Below are positions 12,263-25,150 of a stretch of DNA of 64,000 bases, piece after piece. The stretch is from Octopus bimaculoides (taxonomy: Eukaryota), in the NCBI RefSeq assembly GCF_001194135.2, contig NC_068989.1:95353283-95417282 (forward strand), in the 5' to 3' direction. The position numbers and the translations under genes are program-made. Below the pieces are notes generated by a model. That model worked only from the letters and a program-made list of their open reading frames with translations, did no database searches and was not told the DNA's origin. How positions within the stretch are numbered: the first letter of the stretch is position 1; each line of letters begins with the position of its first letter.

Positions 12263-12462
12263 TAAGAAAACGAGATGACAAAGGAATAAACAATTGTGGC
12301 TTGTTTCTGCAATAAGATGCAGTGGACTTGTAGTTGAGTGCCTGAATAACGTCTTTGCTCAGGCATCTGACGATGAATCTATCGCATCCTAGAGCAGAAA
12401 CAGCTGTAAGCTAATGCAGTGCATAAAATAAATGTTTATTCCTTTGACATCTCATTTTCTTA
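12263..12462. mobile_element. 200-bp MITE with 30-bp terminal inverted repeats
   Basis: 12263-12292 and 12433-12462 are inverted with 28/30 identity, and both ends terminate in TA. Confidence 0.75.
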
Positions 12463-12537
12463 TTACCATTCTCTACTTGACTGATGCTTCACTCTGAAGT
12501 AGATGTATATTGAGTTCTATATGTAGACATAGATAGA

Positions 12538-12555
12538 TATACAGACAGACAGACG

Positions 12556-12610
<55 letters not shown>
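12538..12610. repeat. (GATA)n/(GACA)n tetranucleotide repeat
   Basis: Direct reading. Confidence 0.95.
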
Positions 12611-12611
<1 letters not shown>

Positions 12612-12959
12612 CATTCAACCTATACCATCCATTCTTCTTCCAGATATTACTGTTGTGCTTTTACTTTCTGCTCAGTCAAGCTGACACAACAATTCTCTTA
12701 AATATTTTTCTTCTGTTAGTACTTTAGATTTTGCACAATTTTCTCTTGTCAAATTTTTATTTATTCATATATTTCTCTTTCTGAAATTTTTTCTTTGAAT
12801 AAATTCTCGAAAATTCAATTCAACATTCAGATATGAAAATCTGATGAAACATTTGTCTTTTTTGGTTTTTTTTTCTTTAACTTATTTACTGTTGGGAATG
12901 GGTGGGTTTATTTTTTTTAATGTTTTCTATTATTTTTGTCTGCTTAGTTTTTCTCCCCA

Positions 12960-12965
12960 GTACAC

Positions 12966-13003
<38 letters not shown>

Positions 13004-13093
13004 CACACACACACAAACAATATATATATTGTTACACATATACACATATATATATATATATACATACATATATATATATACATATATATATAT

Positions 13094-13140
<47 letters not shown>

Positions 13141-13162
13141 TGTATGTATGTATGTATATATA
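12960..13162. repeat. Compound (CA)n/(TA)n microsatellite
   Basis: Direct reading. Similar tracts at about 15440-15540, 21140-21245, 25885-26030, 29015-29130, 37530-37637, 41640-41840, 49030-49220 and 58232-58400. Confidence 0.95.
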
Positions 13163-13550
13163 ATTTGTTTTGTTTAAGCTTTGAATATTGAGATAAATAC
13201 ATGTCTGTAATATGTCCCTTGTATGAAAAAGAAAACACAAACCCAAATAAAAGAAGAGCATAAGAAAAGAGAAGGAAATGTAATTCTCTCCCTTGTTTTG
13301 TCATTACCAAACACCTTTATTAAAAGCTTTGTTTCTTTTCATTTCTTTGTTTTTATAGCTGTGGAAAATGAAGAAATATATTTCTCTTAAACAATTTTTG
13401 GCATTGTTTTGTTTTGTTTCATTTTATTTTATTTTACATTGTTTTGTTTATGTAGCTTTTGTTTTTGCTTGTTTGTTTGTTTCCTTTTTTCTTTTCCTAA
13501 ACTTTATTTTTCCTCTGCTTACATAAATTTGTTGCTTGCATGCTTTGCAG

Positions 13551-13659
13551 GAAATTCAGACATTTGCACAGACTGTTGAAGCGTGTATTTTGCAACTTGG
13601 TGTTACATCATAGGCTTCACTTTGAGATGGCAGGAATTGTAAACAGAATCAGAACTGAG

Positions 13660-13662
<3 letters not shown>
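13551..13662 (+). other. Candidate exon
   Basis: Pyrimidine-rich acceptor GCTTTGCAG|G. One frame is open to a weak TTG|GTAAAA donor; another reads EIQTFAQTVEACILQLGVTS*. No protein recognised. Confidence 0.15.
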
Positions 13663-13704
<42 letters not shown>

Positions 13705-14242
13705 ATATCTGTTTAAGTTTAACTACTGTACAAACTTAGACACTAGAAGACATTGATTGACCTACAAACTAGACATTGCTCAAACTACAAAGACAATAAT
13801 ACATACATACAAATNNNNNNNNNNNNNNNNNNNNATATATATATATATGTTGTTATGTCCTGTTATTTGTATTTGTGTAACATTCTCTGTTTTTTTTTAT
13901 GTCCTTGTTTTTGTATACATTCACTGCTTTCTTCCAAGGAATCTAATGCTCTAAGCTTAGTTTTTCCTTGGGGCTGGCCAGATTGGAGCAATCTCAAGTA
14001 TAACCAACTAAAATTGCAAAGATAATCTGGAACTCGACTGAGGAAAGAAAACTCCGAATGACCCGTCCTTGTTTTCTTTGTATCGTCTGTCTGGATGTTT
14101 TGTTGTCCCTTTTTTGTATCATCTAACTGTCTGGATGTTTTGCGTTCTTGTCCCATTTTGTATTATATATATACATATATATATATATATATACATATGA
14201 ACATACATGCAAACTTATATATTCATATAGGTACAATATATG

Positions 14243-15110
14243 CATATATACAAGACCACAGGCACCAAACAATATCTAGTATTTAGTTCATGTCACCCAA
14301 GACATATCAAAACAAATGTCCCCTTCAACCTTGCAAGAAGGATGTGCACCATAGTGTCTAGAAAAAATACCAGAGTTCTAAGATTGCAAGAGCTTAAAAA
14401 CGTACTCCAGAACAGGCACTGCCCAACTCAACTCATAAATGAAGGCATTAAACGTACAAAATCGACTGATATTAAAACATTAAGAAAAGCCATACACAAC
14501 AATACACCTATCTTTAAAACAGTCTTATGTCTCCACATTCAACCCCAGAAACAAAGAAGCATTTAAAATCATTGTCCAATACTCCATAAGGACCCCAAAC
14601 TTAAGGAAATTTTGCATAACCAAAAGACCATTAAGAGCATCAAACAACCTAAGACATTAAAGAAGATCCTCACAGATGCCAAACTATTCTCTAGAACAAC
14701 AGATGCAAGAGTCAAAAAGTGTGGTCGCCCTAATTGCAGAATATGTCCCAATCTGTTAGAAGGATCAGAATTCCATTTCAGACAAGAGAAAATTTTCAAA
14801 ATCGAATCTTACTTCACTTGCACCTTCCAAGTATTTATGTAATCAGATGCTTGGGCTGCCATACACACTATGTTGATTCACCAGGAATGTTGCTCAGACA
14901 GAGATGTACGGTCCACAGACAACAAATATCCTCCCCACAATATCGCCAAATATATCTGTCAACACATTGACAAATGTGCAGAATGATTACAACCATAATT
15001 TGTAATTTTCCCATTTTATCAACTTGCTTTCTGGACCTCAATGCAAGTAAGACTGAATAAAGAAGGCCCATTTATTTCAAAATATAAACTAGAATTAAAT
15101 ATGGACCCAT
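14243..15110 (+). mobile_element. Penelope-like retroelement 3' part: RT C-terminus, Cys-rich linker and GIY-YIG endonuclease, frameshifted
   Basis: YKTTGTKQYLVFSSCHPRHIKTNVPFNLARRMCTIV (PLE RT C-terminus), KKCGRPNCRICP linker, IYVIRCLGCHTHY..LRQRCTVHRQQI (GIY-YIG-like). Confidence 0.88.
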
Positions 15111-15448
15111 ATTAAAAATAAAAGACTTACCCCTTCTATTGTAAGATATAAGCCAGAACAAAATACAGAACAAAAATAAAAATTGCAGATTTACCTCCCC
15201 TCTACTGTAGAATAAATGAGTGAACAATTATCTCCTCAAGTAATATGTCTTTCCCCTAGCAATATGTCTATTTTACTACCCTAAGCTTGATGAGCAATGC
15301 AAAACCAGTTCTTACTTTAATTATGTTAAAGAACAAAATCTTATTTTGTACAGGATTTTTTAATATCTTTATTATTATGACTGTAATATACTCCTTAATC
15401 CTGTAAAATAAATTTTCCTTGTTTTTTCATCTTTTCTCTTTCTGTGTG

Positions 15449-15507
<59 letters not shown>

Positions 15508-16087
15508 TCATGTGTGTGTGTGTGTGTATATATATATATTTTCTTTTTTACTTTATTTCTTTTCTGTGCATCATGTGGCTGCAATCATGCTGGAGCACCA
15601 CTTTGACATTGTATTCTTTCGTCCACAGCCCTCCCATGTGGTTGATTTCTTCTGCGTGCTGAGATTTCATATCTTAAACAAAATAACTTGTTGCTTGACT
15701 AGAATTTCACTCCTTCAATCCCAACAGAAACAGCACAAGTATAATATTTAAAATTGTTGCTCATACACAAAAGTGGTAACCAAGGAAACCAATTTTCAAA
15801 TAATGCCATCTGAAGGTGAAGAAAAGAATCTAAATATTTATACATATTGAGAAAGTAAAATTGAATTTTAAAAAAAACAGTTGTAAAACATTAAAAATAC
15901 TAATAAATATAAACTGATAAATATTAATAAGTTAAATAAATAAGTAAATACATTAAATATGCGCATAAATAATCATTGTTTATCAAACAGCTAAAATTCA
16001 ATTTGACATAAAGCAACACAATTGCATACACCACTGTTTTACACTAGAATACACAAATGAATGTGTGTATATATGTATGTGTATATA

Positions 16088-16792
16088 CAGGGGTTGAACA
16101 AAATAATGGAAACACCAAGCATCATAGCATCATAATTTTGAAATATCTATAAAACCATCAAAAGCTTGTTTATTTTTATGTATTTTTAATTTATTATTAG
16201 TTTTGCTTAATATAGTTTGCTAAAATTGCTGTTTCTTTTCAGATATCATCAGAAAAAGGTAATTAAATTCATTAAAACGACAGATCTATCGGACTTTCAA
16301 AGAGGTCAAATTGTTGGTGCTCGTATGGCAGGCGCTAGCATAATGAAAACAGCCAAAATGTTTGATGTATCATGAAGTACTGTCTCGAAAGTAATGACAG
16401 CCTTTGTGAAAGATGGAAAAAACATCCTCGTCAAAACAAAACTCCGGAAGAAAACCAAAACTTTCAGATCGGGCTCTTACGTGAATTGTTAGAATGTATC
16501 ACAACAGTACAGCTCCCAAAATTACTGCAGAGCTTAATGACCTCGAGAACCCAGTTTCCACAAAAACTGTTCACTAGGAGCTGCACAAAGCCAGATTTCA
16601 CAGGAGGGCTGCAATCAGAAAACCACTACTTTCAAAAACAAACATTGCAAAGCGTTTAGAGTGGAGTAAAAAACCTACAGAATTGGTCCCTACAGTAGTG
16701 GAATAATGTTATCTTCTCGGATGAGTCATCTTTTACCTTATTTCCAACCACTGGCTGAGTATATGTGTGGAGACAGCCAAAAGAAGCATTTG
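16088..16792 (+). mobile_element. 5' part of a Tc1-like transposon (left TIR and disrupted transposase)
   Basis: TA then CAGGGGTTGAACAAAATAATGGAAACACC. DLSDFQRGQIVGARMAGAS..TAKMFDVS*STVSKVM..SGRKPKLSDR, RKPLLSKTNIAKRLEW and a FSDESSF-type motif near 16715-16735. No right TIR seen. Confidence 0.9.
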
Positions 16793-17777
16793 AGTGAGTT
16801 GCTAGGCATGAGATTGAAACCAGAACAACACAGCATTTATTTTATATCAAATCCAACTACACGAAGAAGGACAAAAAGATAGAGGTGAGAGAGAAAAAGA
16901 GAGAGTTGTTCCTTGCTGTATTTGAACTCTGATTAATGTTTTTGAAACTGCACACCTCAGTAAACTATTTAGCTCACCACTCTGCCACCCATCCAAATCA
17001 ACTCACACCCTTTCACCCACACACTCACACATTCAGTCTTTCTGATGATGGAAATATAAAATTAATAGTTTTCAGATGTTAATCCCTATTGTTTAAGTAC
17101 ATCAGCCCTTCCATAGACACTAATTAGCTATTGTTTCACATTCACAATGATGACAGCCCTACATTGACTACTGTTTAGCAATTGTTGAGAATTTGTAAAC
17201 ATTCCATTCATTGAAGAAATCTCTGGAAACTGTGCAACACTTTTGAAGCAGCAAACTTAGTGTAAAATTTGAAGACAACCTGCAATTACATGTTATATTT
17301 CATTATTATTCTCTCTTTCACTTCATTCAATAATTTTTTTCACTTCTTCCCATTTTTTATTTCTAATTTTTTTTTCTCATTTCTTCCTTCATTTTTTTCA
17401 CCTTTTCTTTTCATTTTCGTTTTTCATTTCATTTTTTTTTAAATTTCGCTATTTTATTATTTTCTTGTTTTTCAAGTTCTATTTTTGGTAAATGGCATGT
17501 TGGCCACTCTTGGTTATAATAACATACAATTATTAATTCCGGCTTCACAAATAATAAGACTTAATTTAGTGTCTGTGCTGTCGTAGTACAATTTATTATC
17601 TTCTTTGAAGATGTCTCCCCACCCCCACCCCACCCCACCTTATAAACTTCTCTCACATTTTTATGGTCTTACTGTATGGTTATCAAACCAGTCTATTGAT
17701 GAGCCAGCTGCTTGGTTGGCAGGAGTTCTTTTGTTTAAATTTCCTGAAAATGATAATAATAATAATAATGTTAGTTT

Positions 17778-17982
17778 CACATTTTGGCACAAGGCCAGTA
17801 ACTTCAGGGGAGAGGAAAAGTCAATCACAACAACCCCAGTGTTCGACTGGTATTTATTGACTCTGAAAGAATGAAAGGCAAAGTGGACCTCAGCAGAATC
17901 TGAACTTAGAACATGAAGATGGATGAAATGTTACTAAGCAGTTTGCTGCCTGACGAGATAACGATTTTCCCAGCTCACCGCC

Positions 17983-17985
<3 letters not shown>
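17778..17985 (-). mobile_element. SINE family B with (AAT)n flanks
   Basis: GAATGAAAGGCAAAGTGGACCTCAGCAGAATCTGAAC core, ending CAGCTCACCGCCTT. Confidence 0.82.
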
Positions 17986-18025
<40 letters not shown>

Positions 18026-18159
18026 TATTGATTTCAAATTTTGGCACAAGGTCACCAATTTTGGGAGAGGGTTAAGTCGATTATATTGACATTTTATCAA
18101 CCATCATGACTACCTTGGCCTTGTGCTAAAATTTTAAACCATTATTATTATTATTATTT

Positions 18160-18800
18160 TCTCATTCTCACAGGTTTTGTTGGAACTCCTGGAGTTTTGC
18201 AGAGCAGGCTTGCTACCTGTAGCCTATTGTACCATACAATTTTGCTTGCAAGAACCACAAAAAATCTGATATGGCCCTCCCAGAGGTTGAGAACCAGTGA
18301 ACAAAATGAATTCAAAGCTGAACAATTTTCTGCCAGTTGCTTCTTGTGCTGATACACCAGTTATTTGGTTGACACCAGCAGAAAATACCATCCAAAATGC
18401 CCTCAAGTCATTCTTTACAATGCAACTTAGCTGAAAGACTCAACATCATCAACAGATAAACACATCTTATCTTCATCACCAACAAGCAAGTCTCCATCTT
18501 ACAATTTCTAACAAGTTGGTTCTCTTTATTTTCATGACAAACCTTGGAAAATTTCAGGACAAACCTTATCATGGTGCTTCTTAAATTGTCAGATGAAATA
18601 AAAACACAGCTAGAAATTTCCTGAACTTTACTTCAATTCTACAAACCATTGTAAAGCCATGATTAAGCTACAAGTTCATGTTTGCAATTCACCTTGACAT
18701 ATTCTGTCAGCCTGTCCACCATCATCACTGAAATTGTTGTCTTTCTACACTCACAGCAAATATACAACAACTGTCCAACACTTTTTGCGTGTTTTTCTTT
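18160..18800 (-). pseudogene. Highly decayed LINE (RTE-like) ORF2 fragment, endonuclease-RT linker
   Basis: Minus-strand DGDLLVGDEDKM and a later xEGP-like remnant resemble the RTE linker, with many stops. Confidence 0.3.
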
Positions 18801-18869
18801 CCAAATGTGACAGACTGATACTTCTCAATTTTTCTTCATAATGCACAGACTGTCACACACACAAAATAC

Positions 18870-18985
18870 CTTCACCACCAGCATCACCAGCATCACCAGC
18901 ACCAGCACCACCACCAACACCAACACCACCAGCATCACCAGCACCAGCACCACCACCAACACCAACACCACCACCACAGTCACCA
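18870..18985. repeat. Imperfect (CAC/CAG) trinucleotide array with an internal duplicated block
   Basis: Direct reading; CAGCATCACCAGCACCAGCACCACCACCAACACCAACACCAC occurs twice. Confidence 0.9.
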
Positions 18986-19207
18986 ATGTTCTCTCTAATG
19001 TTTTACTATGGATGTGTGCAGAAATGTGTATTGTTTGCAAATTTTGTCTTTCTTTACAAAGTATGAATACATCCATGTGAGTAACCCATTGCTCAAATTT
19101 CTTCTATTAAATTTATCTAATTTCATCTTGAAAACTGTTTTGCACATTTTTTTCTTAGTTTTTAAACATATATGCATGCACAAACACACAGCTTAGAAAG
19201 AACACTG

Positions 19208-19256
<49 letters not shown>

Positions 19257-20639
19257 GCACACACTCATACTCATGTACACATGCATGTATCGCTTTTCTT
19301 CTTCAATTTTTACTGGCTCCTTATAAATTCAAGAGCCTTTTTCAATATTTTATCAATTCATAACTGAACAATTTCACTGATAACATTCTTTAATACATTT
19401 TTCTACATTCACAGACATCTTATTGATTCCATAATTTTAATGACCAAGAACATCTTCCCAACAACAACTTATCAATTGAATTGAACAATTTCTCTTTTCT
19501 TTTCTAATTGTTTATTTAATTTGTATTGAATGTTTATTGTTTTATTTTATTACATTCACTTCCAGCATGAACATGCACGCGCTCTCACCCTGGGTGCTTC
19601 ATTTTGTTCATTTGTTTTACAACAAACATATAGTGAGGGGATTCTTGTAGCAGATATCTTCTTCAGTTTTGGACTTGGAATGCTTAAGTGCAAAGTTAGA
19701 TCTACTTGCCATTAGTGTTTCCACATTTGGTACTGTTGACTACCACTAGCTGTGCTACATCCTTGATTTTTATTAACACACCTACTGCCATTTTTTACAG
19801 TCAATCATTTTTAACATCCATTTTGATAGATGCTCACAGACTAAAGAAAAAAAATTAATTTTCACATCTAAAGGCCTAAAAGAAAAGTCTAGAATCTTTT
19901 AGCAAGACTATGTAACATATAAACTCTGGAATTTGATTCTCTTGAAAGAGTTTCTTTATTGCAGCAAAATTCTGTATGCTTTTAGACCCAAATTAATATG
20001 ACATTTCTTAACTTTCTCTGGCAACACATTCTCTTTTATTACACAATAAATTGACAAATTATGGATATTGTTATTTATTGTTATTTAAAAAGATTACTGA
20101 AGAATTTTCTTTTGTCTCTGCTTGTCATTACATCTTCCTCGGCAACATTTATAAACATCATAAACACTGATAAAAATTGGTGATGCCAAAGAAGAACAAT
20201 ATAAATTATGAAACATCACACAATAGATTTATAGTGTAGTTAATTTTGACAGGTTTTGACAAGCAAAAGAGAGTTTTAATTTCCATGCATAAGTGTCTAA
20301 AGGAACATGTTAGAACATTTTGCAACCCTTCTTTCATTCCTTGGAAGAAAGAATCAGTGTAAAAGGGTTCTGCATGATTTGTTCACAGTATGATGGAAGT
20401 AATTCTCAGAAAGAAAGTCAATTCTAGTTCTTACTTGGAACTTTATTGACCTTGGAAAAATAAAAGACAAAATTGCTTTTGGTGGGATTTGAACTCAAAA
20501 TTTAAAGAACTGGATCAATCACCATATTGTATGTCTTTAACCCTGAAATGCAGAGGTTCCCAAATTTTTCCTTCAAGCATACCCTTTCATCATGTGTAGC
20601 AGCGTTGCTGGTTAAATACTATAAAACATGCAATATCAT

Positions 20640-20850
20640 TTACAAGGCTGACACAGTCATTTGCACACTGGGAAAAATATTAAGTGGTATTTTATGTCTT
20701 CACATTCTGAGTTCAAATCCCACCAAGGTCAACTTTGTCTTTCGTCCTTTCTGAATCAATAAAATGAGTACCAGTCATGTACTGAGGACAATGTAATCAA
20801 TCTTCCCCTCCGCCAGAATTGTGACTTTGTGCCAAAATTTGAAATCAATC
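20640..20850 (+). mobile_element. SINE family B
   Basis: GAGTTCAAATCCCACCAAGGTCAACTTTGTCTTTC core. An inverted partial copy lies at about 20430-20520. Confidence 0.75.
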
Positions 20851-20984
20851 TAACATACAATATTAGACGCCATTTCACAGATTCCATAAACGAGTTGATG
20901 TATTATTATTCGTTAATTGTATTTAGAAGTTCGAATTTCATGCAGTTCTTTCTTTCTTTTTAATAAATACTGTTTAAGGTTTTG

Positions 20985-21140
20985 TGGTTTTGTGGTTGAG
21001 AAGTTCGCTTCCCAGCCAAATGGTTTTGAGTTCAGTCTCACTGTGTGACACCTTTGGGTAAGTGCTTTTACTTATAGCCCTGGGCTAAACAAAGCCTTAT
21101 AAGTGGATTTGGTAGACAGAAGCTGAAAGAAGCCATTTGA
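20985..21140 (+). mobile_element. SINE family A 5' half running into (TG)n and (GAT)n
   Basis: GAGTTCAGTCTCACTGTG..GGATTTGGTAGACAGAAGCTGAAAGAAGCC. Confidence 0.8.
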
Positions 21141-21261
21141 ATGTGTGTGTATGTATGTCTGTCTGTGTGTGTGTGCATGCATCTGTGTGTGTGTGTATGT
21201 GTGTATGTGTGTGTGTCTGTGTGTCTGTGTGTGTGTGTGCATGCTTCTGTGTATGATGCTG

Positions 21262-21316
21262 ACAATGACGACGACGACAATGGCGATAATGATGATGATG
21301 ATGATGATGGTGGTGG

Positions 21317-21376
<60 letters not shown>

Positions 21377-21392
21377 CGACAATGACAGCAAT
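21262..21392. repeat. Compound (GAT/GAC/GGT)n trinucleotide repeat
   Basis: Direct reading. A similar tract lies at 27622-27685. Confidence 0.95.
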
Positions 21393-22206
21393 GGTGATTT
21401 TGGTTATGATTGATTCACGGAATCCTTGTGTGTACCTACATCTGGTGTCTTATTATCTTGTCTGTTAATGTAGAAACACATTTATATATCCCAGTAACAC
21501 TTTTGATCCTGACAAACTGCAAGAGAAGCATATTTAAATGCTTTCAAGCGACTAGAAGCCTACGGGGCTACATAACAAAATTTTTTTGTGGTTTTTGTGA
21601 ATCCAGGAAAGATTGAGGAATTTCTGGGAAATATTGATTTTTGCTAATGGCATTGTATTACCTTTCAGTTTTGAGAAAAATGAAAATCTCTTTTAAATGT
21701 TTTGTAATCCTTAATGCCTTTTTTTTTTTAAAATCAGTAAACACTTTGTTTTCCTGTCGAGTTAATAGGCAAGATTGAGCTAGCTAAGGTTCGTTTGGTG
21801 AAAAGTGTGGAAGAGGTTTTCGTTTTTTCTTTATTGTCCTTGGTTTTTGTTTGATAGTGAAGAAAAGAGCAACAAATGATGGTATTCTTGGTTTGGTTAG
21901 GGGCAAATAAAAAGCCAAAAAAAAAAAGAAAGAAAAACGTGGTTCATAGTTTGTTAATTATAGTTTGAGTAAATGAAAGGAAATGGGAATCAACCGCTGG
22001 CTTACTGGAAAGCCAATGCCACTGCTGAGCTTTCATGGCAAAGAATTGATTAATCCTGGAAGAGGATCCAGTGATCCAGTATTTTAGAAGAACTTTGCAG
22101 AACTGCTGTTGTTTTTGATAGAAATACTTTTATCTTATTTGAATTCAAACTGTTTATCATTGTGTAAAATGTGACATGTTGTATGGAAGAGAAATTTGTC
22201 TGGTGA

Positions 22207-22249
<43 letters not shown>

Positions 22250-22823
22250 AATTCCTGAGATGTAAAATATTGCTGCTGTAGTGGCAGACGATTGTAACTT
22301 AGTTGAGATAATGCTAGAAATATTGGTTAATGCATGCAAATGTAATGAATGCATTGATAAGGATGACATGTAATTCAAACAAATGAGGCATGCTGAGAGG
22401 AAAACGTGCTTTTAGATGGCAGTAGAAGGTACCCAAGTGGATAGAGATGAAGTAAAGTTTGGGTGGCTGAAGTACTTACGTCCTTTTGTGACCATATGTC
22501 TAATGAAATGCACAGTCTATGAGTTTCAATTAACTTTGAAAATCATTAAGAGTTTAACGGGATTTAGTAAACTTTGTTACAATTAGAATCTTTTGGATCC
22601 ATTGCTTAACAAAACTTTCTTTCTCAAAATTTTGGCAAAAGGTTTTGTTTTTTTTTTAATCTTGTTTCATCAAAAAGGTAACTGCTTCAGGTGAGTTGAT
22701 GACAAAAGGATTGATCTGGGCCTGAGAAGTTCGAATTTCTCACAAGGAATGAAAAATATTTAGATTCACGCAAAAATGCTGCATCAAGACGGATGCAAAA
22801 CAATCTTACATCTTTTTTGTATA

Positions 22824-23125
22824 TTTACTTGTTTCAGTTTTTAAACTGTGGCTATGCTAGAGCACCAGCTTGAAGGGTTTAGTTGAATAAATTGGCCTCA
22901 ACCTTTATTTTTCAGTCTGGTGCTTATTCTGCAGGCTTCTTTGGCCAAACAGCTAAATTGCTGGGATGTAAACAAACTAACACCAGTTGTCAAGCAGTGG
23001 GAAGGAAGAAACATATAGGCATATATATTCATACATATATATTTATACATATATACAATCACACACATATACATACAATATGATAGGCTTCCACACAGTT
23101 TTCATCTACCGAATTCACTCAGTAA
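22824..23125 (-). mobile_element. SINE family A (partial)
   Basis: TTTACTTGTTTCAG..GGAGCACC-type tail and GGCTTCCACACAGTTTTCATCTACCGAATTCACTCA. Head halves also at about 23300-23440 and 26025-26160. Confidence 0.75.
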
Positions 23126-23928
23126 GTGCTAAAGAATGCTGAGTCTCCCAGATTCTCAATCCACAGCAAATGGGTGTTTAAACAAAACGCATTCACTATG
23201 TATGTGCAACCGGTAATGTCTACATTACTAGGGCTGCTTTTAATTTGTCATAGACAGACAGACAGGCAGATAAATTGACAGACAGATATGCATACATGCG
23301 TGACAGGCTTCTTACCGTTTCCATCTACCAAATTCACTCACAGCCCAGGTCTACAATAGAAAGCTCTAACCCAAAGATACCACCACACAGTGGGAGTGAA
23401 CCCTTAGTCATGTGATTCGGATAGGGACGTCTTAACCCCCACTACCAAGCCTGAACCGATTATCCTTGCCTGCACTTATCATAATATTTAAAATGTTGAA
23501 AAGAATTTTTAAAAATCAGCATCACATGATTCTAAATTCAGCCTGAGTTCATTATAAATGATTTTAATCTATAGATTCTGTTATTAAATAAAGCACATCT
23601 ACAAATAACTTTAATATCTAAAACAGGGATGGATACCTTTGTGTTTATGGAGAGAAAATAGTTTTCCAGTTTAAAGATTGTCAAGATATACTTGTTATTT
23701 GCCAGAATCTTACTTTTACCATTTCCACTGGTGTAAATAGAATTGCTATATTTCTATTTTGACCTTTGGGGTTTTGAAAATAAATATAAATAAAATATTC
23801 AAACCAAAATATATAAAAAGAAAATTCTTTGGTCTGTTTTGTGTCATCTAAATTGAAAATACTCAGGTGAATTGCTATTTTTATTGCAAGGAAGAATAAG
23901 TGAAAGTTAAAAAAAAGTTTACATCCAT

Positions 23929-23963
<35 letters not shown>

Positions 23964-24504
23964 GTGTGCGTGCATGCATGTGTGCTGGGTATATCTATAT
24001 ATGCTACAGAATAATATAGGATATTCAAATACTTTCCAGAACATAGTGAATACATAAATCACCTAATACCAAATCAACAACCTTACAAACCATGAACCGA
24101 GTCTCAAATCAGTCATTCGACCCACTAAAATTTTCAAACAGAAAAAAATTGAAGTCATTCCAAGACTTATTCTAAAATTCTGCCTTTCCTACATTTTCTT
24201 AAAGTCTTGAATATTCTATAAACAAACAGGAGTTGTACTGAAAGTAACGCCAAAGTGGTCAGAACTTTTTTATTTAGTGACAAAGAACATTCAAATTACA
24301 GATATTGGTAGAGTAACTTTTCCGCTACAGTAATTCTTCTTCCATTATCACTGAGTTTGCCAGAAAGGAGAGGCGCCAGTTGTCTGACATCCACAGAAGG
24401 CTGCAGATTGTTTACAGAGATTACACTGGAGCAAAAATTCTTCTCTCTTTGTTTTACTTCTGTGTATTGGGTTTCATTATGTAAAGTTTGTCTTTGAAAC
24501 ACTA

Positions 24505-24654
24505 GTATGGCTATGCGGTTAATAAGTTTATTCCCAACTACATGGTTTCAGGTTCAGTCTGGTGCAGCCATCTGGTTCGCCAGTCCTCAGTCAAATCGTC
24601 CAACCCATGCTAGCATGGGAAGCAGACGTTAAACGATGATGATGATGATGATGA

Positions 24655-24660
<6 letters not shown>
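24505..24660 (+). mobile_element. Internally deleted SINE: family A tRNA head joined to family C tail
   Basis: TATGGCTATGCGGTTAATAAG..GGTTCAGTC joined to TGGTGCAGCCATCTGG..TCCAACCCATGCTAGCATGG..AAACGATGATGAT. Confidence 0.75.
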
Positions 24661-24688
<28 letters not shown>

Positions 24689-25113
24689 CATATATATATA
24701 CATATATATTATTTTTAAGGTTGTTTCTACAGATAGTCTTTAGAAATTATAACCAGCACTGATTTTTGCTACGTTTTGTATTGAGACATGAGATGTAAAC
24801 AAGCAATGAGATCAGAGACAAATGTGGGTAATGAGTGTATATGCATATTTCGGGGGTTGTTGCCCATTCATCAGCACCCATCTAAACTGTGTCTATAGGA
24901 TGTGGTACTAACTTATAGAAACACTTGGTATACTTCATAGTATATTGTGTTTGCATAATGAAGTGCCACATACCTACAAACCGTTAATATGTATTTATGC
25001 GTGTGTGTCAAAACCATAATGATATCCGTGGGGCAGCTGATGATGGAGGTATGTTGGATTGCTGGTATGCCTGTTTTTGTATATGTAGAATAGAATTATA
25101 ACACAATCTTTTG

Positions 25114-25150
<37 letters not shown>

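Noticed and set aside
18870-18985. Proline- or histidine-rich coding exon
   Set aside because: Simple trinucleotide repeat; flanking frames close quickly.
19589-19840. Minus-strand coding exon continuing the 22006 donor
   Set aside because: All frames stop within the segment. It faintly resembles decayed LINE endonuclease sequence, but not enough to call.
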